In this document: in pieces, positions 10,020 through 17,518 of the stretch
Layout: every line of letters starts with the position of its first letter
How positions within the stretch are numbered: position 1 is the stretch's first letter
Assembly (NCBI RefSeq): GCF_002335445.1
Contig: NZ_BDME01000006.1
Coordinates: 123,528-155,527 of the forward strand
Source: Lebetimonas natsushimae
GTDB taxonomy: Bacteria > Campylobacterota > Campylobacteria > Campylobacterales > Nautiliaceae
Direction of reading: 5' to 3'
Length of the DNA: 32,000 bases
Position numbers and translations under genes: made by a program
The notes under the pieces: model-generated
What the model was told of the DNA's origin: nothing
Databases searched by the model: none
What the model saw: the letters and a program-made list of their open reading frames with translations, nothing else

Positions 10020-10392
10020 TGGCACCTACCATATTAAAAAATCCTGCTGTAACTGTATCCATTGTGGCTATATGGTTATGAAGCCAGGGGATAAAATGTT
10101 CTTTAAAATATTTTTCCATTTTTTCGTAATTGTTTAAATCATTTCTTAATTCGTATAATTCGTTTAAAATTTTATCATGTTCCATTTTATGAGGCATTTT
10201 TGCAAAAAAATTATATTTTTCCATAAGTTCTTGTTCAAAAGAAAAATGATTTTCAACATCTTTTACAAATTCTTCATAAACTTCTTCAAGAGGCTCTTTG
10301 TGCTCAATTGCTTGTAATAATTTTTCCAAAATTTCAGCTTCCCTGTTATGTACTTCATTCATTGGCTCAAATGCAACTTGGTTTAATTCCAT
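10009..10392 (-). CDS. Bacteriohemerythrin (single-domain di-iron protein)
   Basis: 127 aa with the full hemerythrin ligand pattern: H15, H-x3-E (NHFSFE), H-x3-H (HKMEH) and H-x4-D (HIATMD). An AAGGAG RBS lies upstream of the ATG. Confidence 0.88.
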   Translation of the reverse strand: MELNQVAFEPMNEVHNREAEILEKLLQAIEHKEPLEEVYEEFVKDVENHFSFEQELMEKYNFFAKMPHKMEHDKILNELYELRNDLNNYEKMEKYFKEHFIPWLHNHIATMDTVTAGFFNMVGATTN

Positions 10393-10411
10393 ATAAACTC
10401 CTTTTTTAATG

Positions 10412-10453
10412 ATTATAATTTAATAAAGAGTTTTAAGCATTGATTTAAATCAA
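10412..10453 (-). promoter_or_regulatory. FNR-type box TTGATTTAAATCAA plus a -10 TATAAT: predicted class-II activator-dependent promoter of the hemerythrin gene
   Basis: A perfectly self-complementary 14-mer lies at 10440-10453. On the minus strand it is followed by exactly 22 nt and then TATAAT (complement of 10412-10417). The hemerythrin ATG is at 10392. Confidence 0.6.
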
Positions 10454-10488
10454 TTTTTGTTAAAATTTTTAAAATAAAAGGAGAGTTA

Positions 10489-10719
10489 ATGAAAAAATTA
10501 TTTCAGCATATTTTTCAATTCTTCATTTTTAACAGATATCTATCTCTAAAAACACAATATTTTTTAATTATAATGTTAGGTTTTGGATTAATTTTAATAT
10601 TTAAAGTAAATTTTGATGCAGGATTGTCTTTTATTTTAGCAGCAGTATTTTTTATGATTATTTCTTATTTGAAAATTTATAATAATGATTTATATGAAAA
10701 AATAATGGATATGTTTTAA
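10489..10719 (+). CDS. Small hypothetical membrane protein (two predicted TM helices)
   Basis: 76 aa. AAGGAG at 10478-10483 lies 5 nt before the ATG. There are two long hydrophobic stretches. No family was recognised. Confidence 0.5.
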   Translation: MKKLFQHIFQFFIFNRYLSLKTQYFLIIMLGFGLILIFKVNFDAGLSFILAAVFFMIISYLKIYNNDLYEKIMDMF

Positions 10720-10726
10720 AAAAAAA

Positions 10727-10752
10727 GAAAAGAATTAAGAAGCTAATTCTTT
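10727..10752. terminator. Candidate bidirectional hairpin between the convergent small ORF and hcp
   Basis: AAAAGAATTA (10727-10736) and TAATTCTTTT (10743-10752) form a 10-bp inverted repeat around a 6-nt loop. An A-run lies on the left, which reads as a T-run on the minus strand after hcp. The stem is AT-rich and overlaps the hcp stop codon, so it is weak. Confidence 0.3.
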
Positions 10753-12162
10753 TCCAAAGTCTTTGTGGATATCTCCAGATATTACTCCAAGATTGAAGTT
10801 TTCTACCAAGAAGTTTACGATATCTTCGTTTGCAAATTGTGGTGCGTTTGGTCCGATATAAATATCTTTTACTCCAAGGCTTAGTAATGCAAGTAAAATA
10901 ATAATTGCTTTTTGTTCCATCCACATTAGAGCAATTGATACCGGTAATTCATTAATATCTTCAATTCCTAAAGCCTGAGCTACTGTCATTGCGATATGAA
11001 CTGCACCGTTAGAGTCGTTACACTGTCCAAGGTCAATATATCTTGGAATGTCAGTTCCAGGTACTGTTCCAAAATCTACATCGTTGAATCTGAATTTTCC
11101 ACAGCTACTTGTAATAATAATATGGTCTTTTGGAACTGCTAAAGCTAATTCTCTATAATAATTTCTTTTTCTTCCAGGTGCGTCACATCCTGCGATAACC
11201 CATACTCTTTTTAATTTTCCTTCTTTTATTGCATCAAGAACTTTTGGTCCGAATGCCTCAAGAACAGTTTTGTAGTGATGTCCTGTTACGATTTTTTCAT
11301 CACTGTCAAACCCGGTGATATCAGGCAAGCTTAAAGTATGGTCAATTAATGGATCAAAATTGTCATTTTCTATTTTTTTGGCACCCTCAACACCTGTAAT
11401 TTTATAAGTGTATAGTCTATCTATATAATTTTTAACTTTTGGTGATTTTTCAGGCGGAACGATACAGTTAGTATTTACAACACAAGTTCCCTGCCATTTG
11501 GAAAATACATCTGTCTGGTCAAACCATGCTTTTCCGATATTTCCTTTTAGGTTTTTGAATTTTCTTAAATGAGGATATCCGTGAGCCGGTAACATTTCTG
11601 AGTGAGTATATACATTTATTTTATCACTAAGACCTCTTTCTTCTATTCTTTTTAATAATTTTTCAAGCATATCAAGATTATGTCCTGATACTAAAATACC
11701 TTTGCCTTCAGCTTTGTTTTGAGTAACTTCTACAGGTGTTGGTATTCCAAGGGCTTTTGTATGCATATCGCTAAGTAAATTCATAACTTTTACTCCGGCT
11801 TGTCCAACTTTCATAAGTTGAGCAATATGTTCATCAAAATTGAAGTTTACGTTTGTAAGAGTGAAATATAATGTTTCACTGTTTACATCATCCACTTCTT
11901 TTAATGTTTTTCTTGCTTCTTCATCTCCAACTTCTTGTACTAATTCATTCGCATGTTCTCTGTATGCGCTAAGACCTTTTAGTCCGTAAATCATTAAATC
12001 CTGAAGTCTTGATTTTGTAGCAGTTTTACCACAAACACCTTTGCTCTCTCCATGGCTACCACATCCACCAGGTGCACTCATTTCACATTGCCAGCATAAA
12101 AACGGTAAATCGCAAGCCTGTTTTTTAGTTGTTTCTTCTTTTTTTCCGAATAGTCCAAACAT
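10735..12162 (-). CDS. hcp: Hybrid-cluster protein / hydroxylamine reductase (short form)
   Basis: 475 aa. It has the N-terminal Cys cluster CWQCEMSAPGGCGSHGESKGVCGK and Hcp-type motifs along its length (VNTNCIVPP, VIAGCDAPG, DLGQCNDS, MWMEQKAIIILLALLSLGV). An AAGGAG RBS is present. Confidence 0.93.
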   Translation of the reverse strand: MFGLFGKKEETTKKQACDLPFLCWQCEMSAPGGCGSHGESKGVCGKTATKSRLQDLMIYGLKGLSAYREHANELVQEVGDEEARKTLKEVDDVNSETLYFTLTNVNFNFDEHIAQLMKVGQAGVKVMNLLSDMHTKALGIPTPVEVTQNKAEGKGILVSGHNLDMLEKLLKRIEERGLSDKINVYTHSEMLPAHGYPHLRKFKNLKGNIGKAWFDQTDVFSKWQGTCVVNTNCIVPPEKSPKVKNYIDRLYTYKITGVEGAKKIENDNFDPLIDHTLSLPDITGFDSDEKIVTGHHYKTVLEAFGPKVLDAIKEGKLKRVWVIAGCDAPGRKRNYYRELALAVPKDHIIITSSCGKFRFNDVDFGTVPGTDIPRYIDLGQCNDSNGAVHIAMTVAQALGIEDINELPVSIALMWMEQKAIIILLALLSLGVKDIYIGPNAPQFANEDIVNFLVENFNLGVISGDIHKDFGKELAS

Positions 12163-12202
12163 TTTGTCTCCTTTTTGTAACTTTTTAAAATTTCGTAAAA
12201 GT

Positions 12203-12244
12203 ATTGTAAGACAAATGTAAAATTAATTCATTGATTGCAATCAA
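12203..12244 (-). promoter_or_regulatory. FNR-type box TTGATTGCAATCAA plus a -10 TACAAT: predicted class-II activator-dependent promoter of hcp
   Basis: A perfectly self-complementary 14-mer lies at 12231-12244. On the minus strand it is followed by exactly 22 nt and then TACAAT (complement of 12203-12208). This is the same geometry as the hemerythrin promoter. The hcp ATG is at 12162. Confidence 0.6.
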
Positions 12245-12248
12245 TAGA

Positions 12249-12276
12249 TTTACATTTTTAAAAAAAATGCTAAAAT
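12249..12276 (+). promoter_or_regulatory. Candidate reverse gyrase promoter (TTTACA - 16 nt - extended -10 TGcTAAAAT)
   Basis: TTTACA lies at 12249-12254, TG at 12268-12269 and TAAAAT at 12271-12276. The rgy ATG is at 12295. The -35 element starts 4 nt after the FNR-type box. Confidence 0.4.
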
Positions 12277-12294
12277 TTCTAAAAAAGGCATTAA

Positions 12295-15200
12295 ATGGAA
12301 GCTATTTATAAAAACAGATGCCCTAACTGTGGAGGGAATATCAGTTCTGAACGTTTGGAAATTGGACTTTTTTGCGAAAAATGTATGGATATCAGTGAAG
12401 ATAAATGTAATGTAAATTTGATAAATTATAAAAAATTCTGCGTTGCAGATGAAAAATTAGAAAAATTTAATTTGTTTTTTAGGGAAAAAGTAGGGCAGGA
12501 CCTTAGCCCGATTCAGAGAATGTGGGCAAAAAGATTTTTTTTAGGGAATTCTTTTGCGCTTTTAGCGCCGACGGGAATAGGTAAAACAACATTTGGTTTG
12601 TTGCTTGCAGCATTTGCAAAAAAAAGTTATATTGTTTTCCCAACAAAACTTCTGGTATTACAGGCTCTTGAAAGATTTAAAAGCTGGGGTGTTGAAGTAC
12701 TTGCATACACTGGTAAAAAAGAGGAAAAAGAAAAAATTGAAAAAGGTGAATATGATATTTTAATAACAACCACCCAGTTTTTATATAAAAATCATGAAAT
12801 AATAAATAAAGATTTTGATCTGGTTTTTATAGATGATGTGGATTCTATTTTAAAATCTGCCAGAAAAATTGATATCGTTTTAAAACTTTTAGGAATAAAT
12901 GAAAAAATAATAAATACTGCATTAGAACTTATAGAGAAAAAAGATTATGTTAATTTAATGGAATTAAAAATTGTAAAAAAAGGTAATTTAATAGTATCTT
13001 CTGCTACTGCAAATCCAAAAAGTAAAAGGGTGCTTTTATTTAAATATCTGCTGGGATTTGAAGTTAGCAGGCCAAATTTATCTCTTAGAAATATAGAAGA
13101 TGTCTATGATGAAACATATTCATACGAAAAAGCCATGAAATATATCAAAAAATTAGGAAGCGGCGGGCTTTTGTTTTTGCCTGGGAATGAAACCAAAGAT
13201 AAACTAAATGAATTTATAGAATTTTTAAACACTGCTGGAATTAAGACATATTCTTATGAAGAATTCAACGAGCATGTCGAAGAATTTAAAAGGGGTGAAT
13301 GTGTTTTTGCCGGTTTTGCAAGTTACAGAAATCCTCTTGCGAGGGGAATAGATTTGCCTGAGAGTGTAAGATATACGCTTTTTGTCGGGGTGCCGAAGAT
13401 TGAATTTAAATTAAATGAAGAAAACTATAAAGCGCTTTATTTTATTTGCTTAGTTATTTATCCACTTTTAATAAAAAAACTAGAAACTAAAGAGATTTTA
13501 ACTTTTCAAAATTACATTAATACATTAAAAAGATATGCTTTTTTGCCAGTGCTTCATCCAAAAGTGGAAGAAAAATTAAAAATGATAAAAGAATATGTAA
13601 CTAACTTAATAGAAACATACAGAATAGAGATAAAAAATTCTCCGGAAGTCAGTTTTGACGGGGAAAAAATAATAACGGCGGATATTACAGGTTATATTCA
13701 GGCAAGCGGCAGAAGCAGCAGGTTTTATAACGGACATCTTACAAAAGGTTTGGCTCTAACACTTATAGATAATGAAAAAGCCTTTTTTTCTCTTAGAAAA
13801 AAACTTAACTGGTATAGCAACATTGAATTTAAAAATATAAAAGAGATAAATTTAGACGAAATTTTAAAAGAAATTGATGAGAGTAGAAAAATAAAAACAA
13901 AAACAAATCTCAAAACTTCATTTGTGGTAGTTGAATCCCCTACAAAAGCAAAAACCATTTCTTCATTTTTTGGTAGACCCAGCAGAAGAATAGTTGATGG
14001 AGTCAGTATTTATGAGATATTACTCAAAGACAGGGTTTTGGTAATCACTGCTAGCATCGGACATGATTTTGATCTCTCTTATGAGGAAAAATGGGGTGTT
14101 AAGGATAAGTATATTCCAATTTTTAGAGTCTTAGAAAATAAAGATAAAATATTAAATGCCTTAAATCTTGCTTCTTATGAGGTTGATGAAGTTATTATTG
14201 CAACAGACCCGGACAGGGAAGGGGAAAAAATTGCATTTGATTTGATACTCAATAACAAGCCGTATAATTTAAATGTAAAAAGAGCAGAATTTCACGAAAT
14301 TACAAAATATGCATTTACTAAGGCACTTAATAATTTGAGATATTATGATAAAAATTTGGTTGCTGCTCAGTTTGTCAGAAGAATAAGTGACAGGTGGATA
14401 GGGTTTAATTTGTCATCTTATCTTCAAAATCTGCTTCATAATGCCCATCTTTCAGCCGGAAGGGTTCAGACCCCTGTGTTAAACTGGATTTGTGAAAGGA
14501 CAGAAAAATTAAAAGAGAAAATTTTTATTGTATCTGTTAAAATAAATGATTTAAAAATTGAGTGGGAATTTGAAGATAAAGAGAAAGCAGAAGGATTTTT
14601 CAATTCATTAAAAAATAAAATCGAGATTAAACTGCTTGAATCAAAAGAAGAAGATGTTTTTGAAAAACCTTTTAACACCTCTACTCTTTTGAAAGAAGCG
14701 GCAACTAAACTTCATTTTTCTCCCCAATATACAATGAAACTGGCCCAGGAACTTTTTGAAAACGGATTTATTACATATCACAGGACTGACAGTTTTAGAA
14801 TCTCAAACGTGGGTAAAAAAATTGCAAAAGAGTATATTGAGGAGAAGTTTGGAGAAGAGTATGTAAATTTGAGAAGTTTTGAAAGCGGCGGGGCACATGA
14901 GGCGATTAGGGCTACTACTTCGATGGATATGAATGAACTTAAAAGTTTTTTAGTTTTTAAAAATATAAATCTAACTTACAATCATTTAAAATTATATGAT
15001 TTGATTTTTAGAAAATTTATAGCTTCTCAGATGAGAGATGTGAAAGTTAAAAAAGATATTTTTAAAATAGTTGATAAAGAAGTTGATGTAAATACCAAGA
15101 TTTTGGAAGACGGATTTAATCTTGTTTATCCCATAAAAATTTATAATATTAAAGAAGGAATTTATCCTGTTAGTAAAAATATTTATCAAAAAAGTAAATT

Positions 15201-15507
15201 TCCTCCATATACTTATGCTGAGGTTATCGATGAAATGAAAAACAAAGGGATCGGAAGACCGTCAACTTATGCAATAACTGTAGAAAAACTGCTTGAGAGA
15301 AAATATGTGGTTGAAAAAAACGGATTTTTATTTGCAACAAAACTTGGATTTAAAGTTTTAGATATTCTAAAAAAACATCCTTTATATAAATTTGTAAGTG
15401 AAATATTTACTAAAACTCTTGAAGAAACTATGGATTTAATAGAAGAGGGTAAAAAAGATTATAAGTCGGAATTGATTAAATTGTATAATAATTTATTTAT
15501 TGGTTAA
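12295..15507 (+). CDS. rgy: Reverse gyrase (helicase-like domain fused to a type IA topoisomerase)
   Basis: 1070 aa. It begins with a zinc finger (CPNCGG ... CEKC). Helicase motifs follow: APTGIGKTT (Walker A), FIDDVD (motif II), SSATANP (motif III) and QASGRSSR (motif VI). The topoisomerase IA part has Toprim VVVESPTKAKTI, ATDPDREGEKIA and the catalytic-Tyr motif ITYHRTDS. Confidence 0.95.
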   Translation: MEAIYKNRCPNCGGNISSERLEIGLFCEKCMDISEDKCNVNLINYKKFCVADEKLEKFNLFFREKVGQDLSPIQRMWAKRFFLGNSFALLAPTGIGKTTFGLLLAAFAKKSYIVFPTKLLVLQALERFKSWGVEVLAYTGKKEEKEKIEKGEYDILITTTQFLYKNHEIINKDFDLVFIDDVDSILKSARKIDIVLKLLGINEKIINTALELIEKKDYVNLMELKIVKKGNLIVSSATANPKSKRVLLFKYLLGFEVSRPNLSLRNIEDVYDETYSYEKAMKYIKKLGSGGLLFLPGNETKDKLNEFIEFLNTAGIKTYSYEEFNEHVEEFKRGECVFAGFASYRNPLARGIDLPESVRYTLFVGVPKIEFKLNEENYKALYFICLVIYPLLIKKLETKEILTFQNYINTLKRYAFLPVLHPKVEEKLKMIKEYVTNLIETYRIEIKNSPEVSFDGEKIITADITGYIQASGRSSRFYNGHLTKGLALTLIDNEKAFFSLRKKLNWYSNIEFKNIKEINLDEILKEIDESRKIKTKTNLKTSFVVVESPTKAKTISSFFGRPSRRIVDGVSIYEILLKDRVLVITASIGHDFDLSYEEKWGVKDKYIPIFRVLENKDKILNALNLASYEVDEVIIATDPDREGEKIAFDLILNNKPYNLNVKRAEFHEITKYAFTKALNNLRYYDKNLVAAQFVRRISDRWIGFNLSSYLQNLLHNAHLSAGRVQTPVLNWICERTEKLKEKIFIVSVKINDLKIEWEFEDKEKAEGFFNSLKNKIEIKLLESKEEDVFEKPFNTSTLLKEAATKLHFSPQYTMKLAQELFENGFITYHRTDSFRISNVGKKIAKEYIEEKFGEEYVNLRSFESGGAHEAIRATTSMDMNELKSFLVFKNINLTYNHLKLYDLIFRKFIASQMRDVKVKKDIFKIVDKEVDVNTKILEDGFNLVYPIKIYNIKEGIYPVSKNIYQKSKFPPYTYAEVIDEMKNKGIGRPSTYAITVEKLLERKYVVEKNGFLFATKLGFKVLDILKKHPLYKFVSEIFTKTLEETMDLIEEGKKDYKSELIKLYNNLFIG

Positions 15508-16815
15508 AGTATTAAAATTTATATTTATAGTATTAAATTTTTTTATATTGAAATTTAATTTTGTAAGATATGAAATAATAGCAACACTGAATCCTGTTGC
15601 TATTACGACATTATAATCATTTGTAATTTCTAATGCCAATACAACAGAAGTTAAAGGCAGTTTCATTAAAACCCCCATAAAAACGGCTGAACCAATTGCT
15701 GCAAAATAAAAAGGTTCCAGACCAATTCCAACATGTGCATAATGTAATATTAATCCAAACAAATATCCGCTTAAAGCGCCAATGCTCATTAAAGGTACAA
15801 ACATACCGCCAACCGCGTTTGAATAAATGGAAAAAGTGGTTGCTATTATTCTTAAAAGCAATATTTCTATAATAAATAGAACATTCAAATTTTCATTATT
15901 AATAAGAAGAGATACTATTTGATGACCGGTAAAACCAGCATAAGGGGAAATAATAAGAATTGTTGCTATTACAACACCCCCTATAATTGCAAAAATTAAA
16001 TCTTTATATTTACCAAAAACATTAAATAATTTAAGATGGGTAAAATATAAAATTTTATCTTGAATTGTCAGGTATAAATATATTAATAATGTCATAAAAG
16101 GAATAAATAAAGCAATAATATATACATATTTGAAATTAATCATTCTTCCCGCTGAATAAATAAAAGTAAAAGGCTGTAAAAAGATTAAGGCAATACTAAA
16201 TGCACTTATACTACCAACAATTATAAATGTTATGTAACTTTTAATAAAATTATAAGCAATGCTTTCAATTGCAAATGCAATTCCTGTAATTGGAGATACA
16301 AATATAGCAGCTATTCCGCTGCTGGCTCCTATACTGATCATAGGTTTAAGCAGTGTTTCAGGGAATTTAAAAAACGAATGGATTTTATATCCTATCATTG
16401 CTCCGATTTCCGCAGAAGGGCCTTCTGTTCCTACGGCAAATCCACTGCCTATTGAGAGGGCGGAAGCCAATATTTTCATAATCAAATCTTTCATATTTAT
16501 CATATCTTGTTTTTCTGTAATAATTTGTGCTATTTGTTCTACCCCGTATTCTTTTGCTTTTCTATCTTTGTATATAATGAAATTCACGATTAATATTGAA
16601 AATATAGTGATTAAATAGATATATATTTTGGGATATGAAGATAGAGTGAAAACAGGGTTTTTTCCAAAAAAAATTTTTGAAATATTTTCCATAAGATAAT
16701 AATATAAAACAATAAAAACACCACTTATAAATCCTGTAATAATGGAAGCAATGAGGAAATCCCTAATAAGGGAAATTTTAGATGAGATTTTTTTTAAAAA
16801 ATCTTTAAAAAACAT
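15493..16815 (-). CDS. ClC-family voltage-gated chloride channel / H+-Cl- antiporter
   Basis: 440 aa, polytopic. It has the ClC selectivity motifs GSGFAVGTEGPSAEIG (GxEGP) and VGGMFVPLMSIG (GxFxP). Confidence 0.87.
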   Translation of the reverse strand: MFFKDFLKKISSKISLIRDFLIASIITGFISGVFIVLYYYLMENISKIFFGKNPVFTLSSYPKIYIYLITIFSILIVNFIIYKDRKAKEYGVEQIAQIITEKQDMINMKDLIMKILASALSIGSGFAVGTEGPSAEIGAMIGYKIHSFFKFPETLLKPMISIGASSGIAAIFVSPITGIAFAIESIAYNFIKSYITFIIVGSISAFSIALIFLQPFTFIYSAGRMINFKYVYIIALFIPFMTLLIYLYLTIQDKILYFTHLKLFNVFGKYKDLIFAIIGGVVIATILIISPYAGFTGHQIVSLLINNENLNVLFIIEILLLRIIATTFSIYSNAVGGMFVPLMSIGALSGYLFGLILHYAHVGIGLEPFYFAAIGSAVFMGVLMKLPLTSVVLALEITNDYNVVIATGFSVAIISYLTKLNFNIKKFNTININFNTLTNK

Positions 16816-17420
16816 TAACTTTTTTTCTTAATTCTTTTTAATTTTTCTATTCCTTTTAAATCGTCTTGCGTCCATTGATAATATGTTCCAAACACTCTGT
16901 CCCAAATATCTGTTGTTACCCCATGGTTCATTTTTGGCTTTTTATGGTGAACAAAATGAAATTCCTGCATATATCTCCAATATTTACTTGCAAATTCACG
17001 CCTGTGCATAATATGATGCATTATTCCGTAGTTAAAATATCCAAGGGCAAGACCACCTACCAATGCAAATGCATCTCCAAGAGGCATAAAAAAATGAAGC
17101 ACCCATGCAAAAAAAGAAGCAATAACGGCACTCATAAAAAACGGCATTGCATCATAACTGAATGGGTTTTGATGATGATGGGCATGACCTTCGATAAAAA
17201 CTTTTAATGGATGGTCTAGATGAAAAAGCCATGCGTGTACCGCATATTCTAAAAATGTAAAAAATATAACCCCTACAACAAATAATGCCACGCTTCCCCA
17301 TATATCGTTTGAATAGTGAATCGCTAAAACTAAAAAAACAATACCTGTTAAACAGTCAGTTGCTAATGATAGATAATAATTCCATTTGCTTTGAGTTATT
17401 TTTAAAATAAAATCTTTCAA
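16815..17420 (-). CDS. Fatty-acid hydroxylase / sterol desaturase superfamily membrane protein
   Basis: 201 aa with about 4 TM segments and histidine boxes HAWLFH, HAHHH, HHIMH and HFVHH. The TTG start lies 6 nt after AAGGAG. TAATG overlap with the downstream ClC gene. Confidence 0.8.
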   Translation of the reverse strand: MKDFILKITQSKWNYYLSLATDCLTGIVFLVLAIHYSNDIWGSVALFVVGVIFFTFLEYAVHAWLFHLDHPLKVFIEGHAHHHQNPFSYDAMPFFMSAVIASFFAWVLHFFMPLGDAFALVGGLALGYFNYGIMHHIMHRREFASKYWRYMQEFHFVHHKKPKMNHGVTTDIWDRVFGTYYQWTQDDLKGIEKLKRIKKKS

Positions 17421-17490
17421 TTTTTACTCCTTAAGTTTAGCTTATAGAAAACATTATAAATAATTATAACATAAAATAAATATAAATGTT

Positions 17491-17499
17491 TGTTATAAT
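17491..17499 (+). promoter_or_regulatory. Candidate extended -10 element (TGtTATAAT) for the phosphoribosyltransferase gene
   Basis: TGTTATAAT lies at 17491-17499, about 20 nt upstream of ATG 17519. This argues against the ORF-track start at 17486, which would be upstream of the predicted transcription start. Confidence 0.4.
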
Positions 17500-17518
17500 T
17501 ATTAAAAAAAGGGATGAT

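Noticed and set aside
16259-17207. Two plus-strand ORFs (119 aa and 113 aa) opposite the ClC and hydroxylase genes
   Set aside because: Both are antisense to genes with clear family motifs. Neither has an RBS or a recognisable domain.
17486-17518. ORF-track start MFVIIIKKRDD for the phosphoribosyltransferase gene
   Set aside because: This ATG lies just upstream of the predicted extended -10 element (17491-17499) and has no RBS. ATG 17519 is preceded by AAGGGA and gives the family-typical MFKDRTEAG N-terminus.
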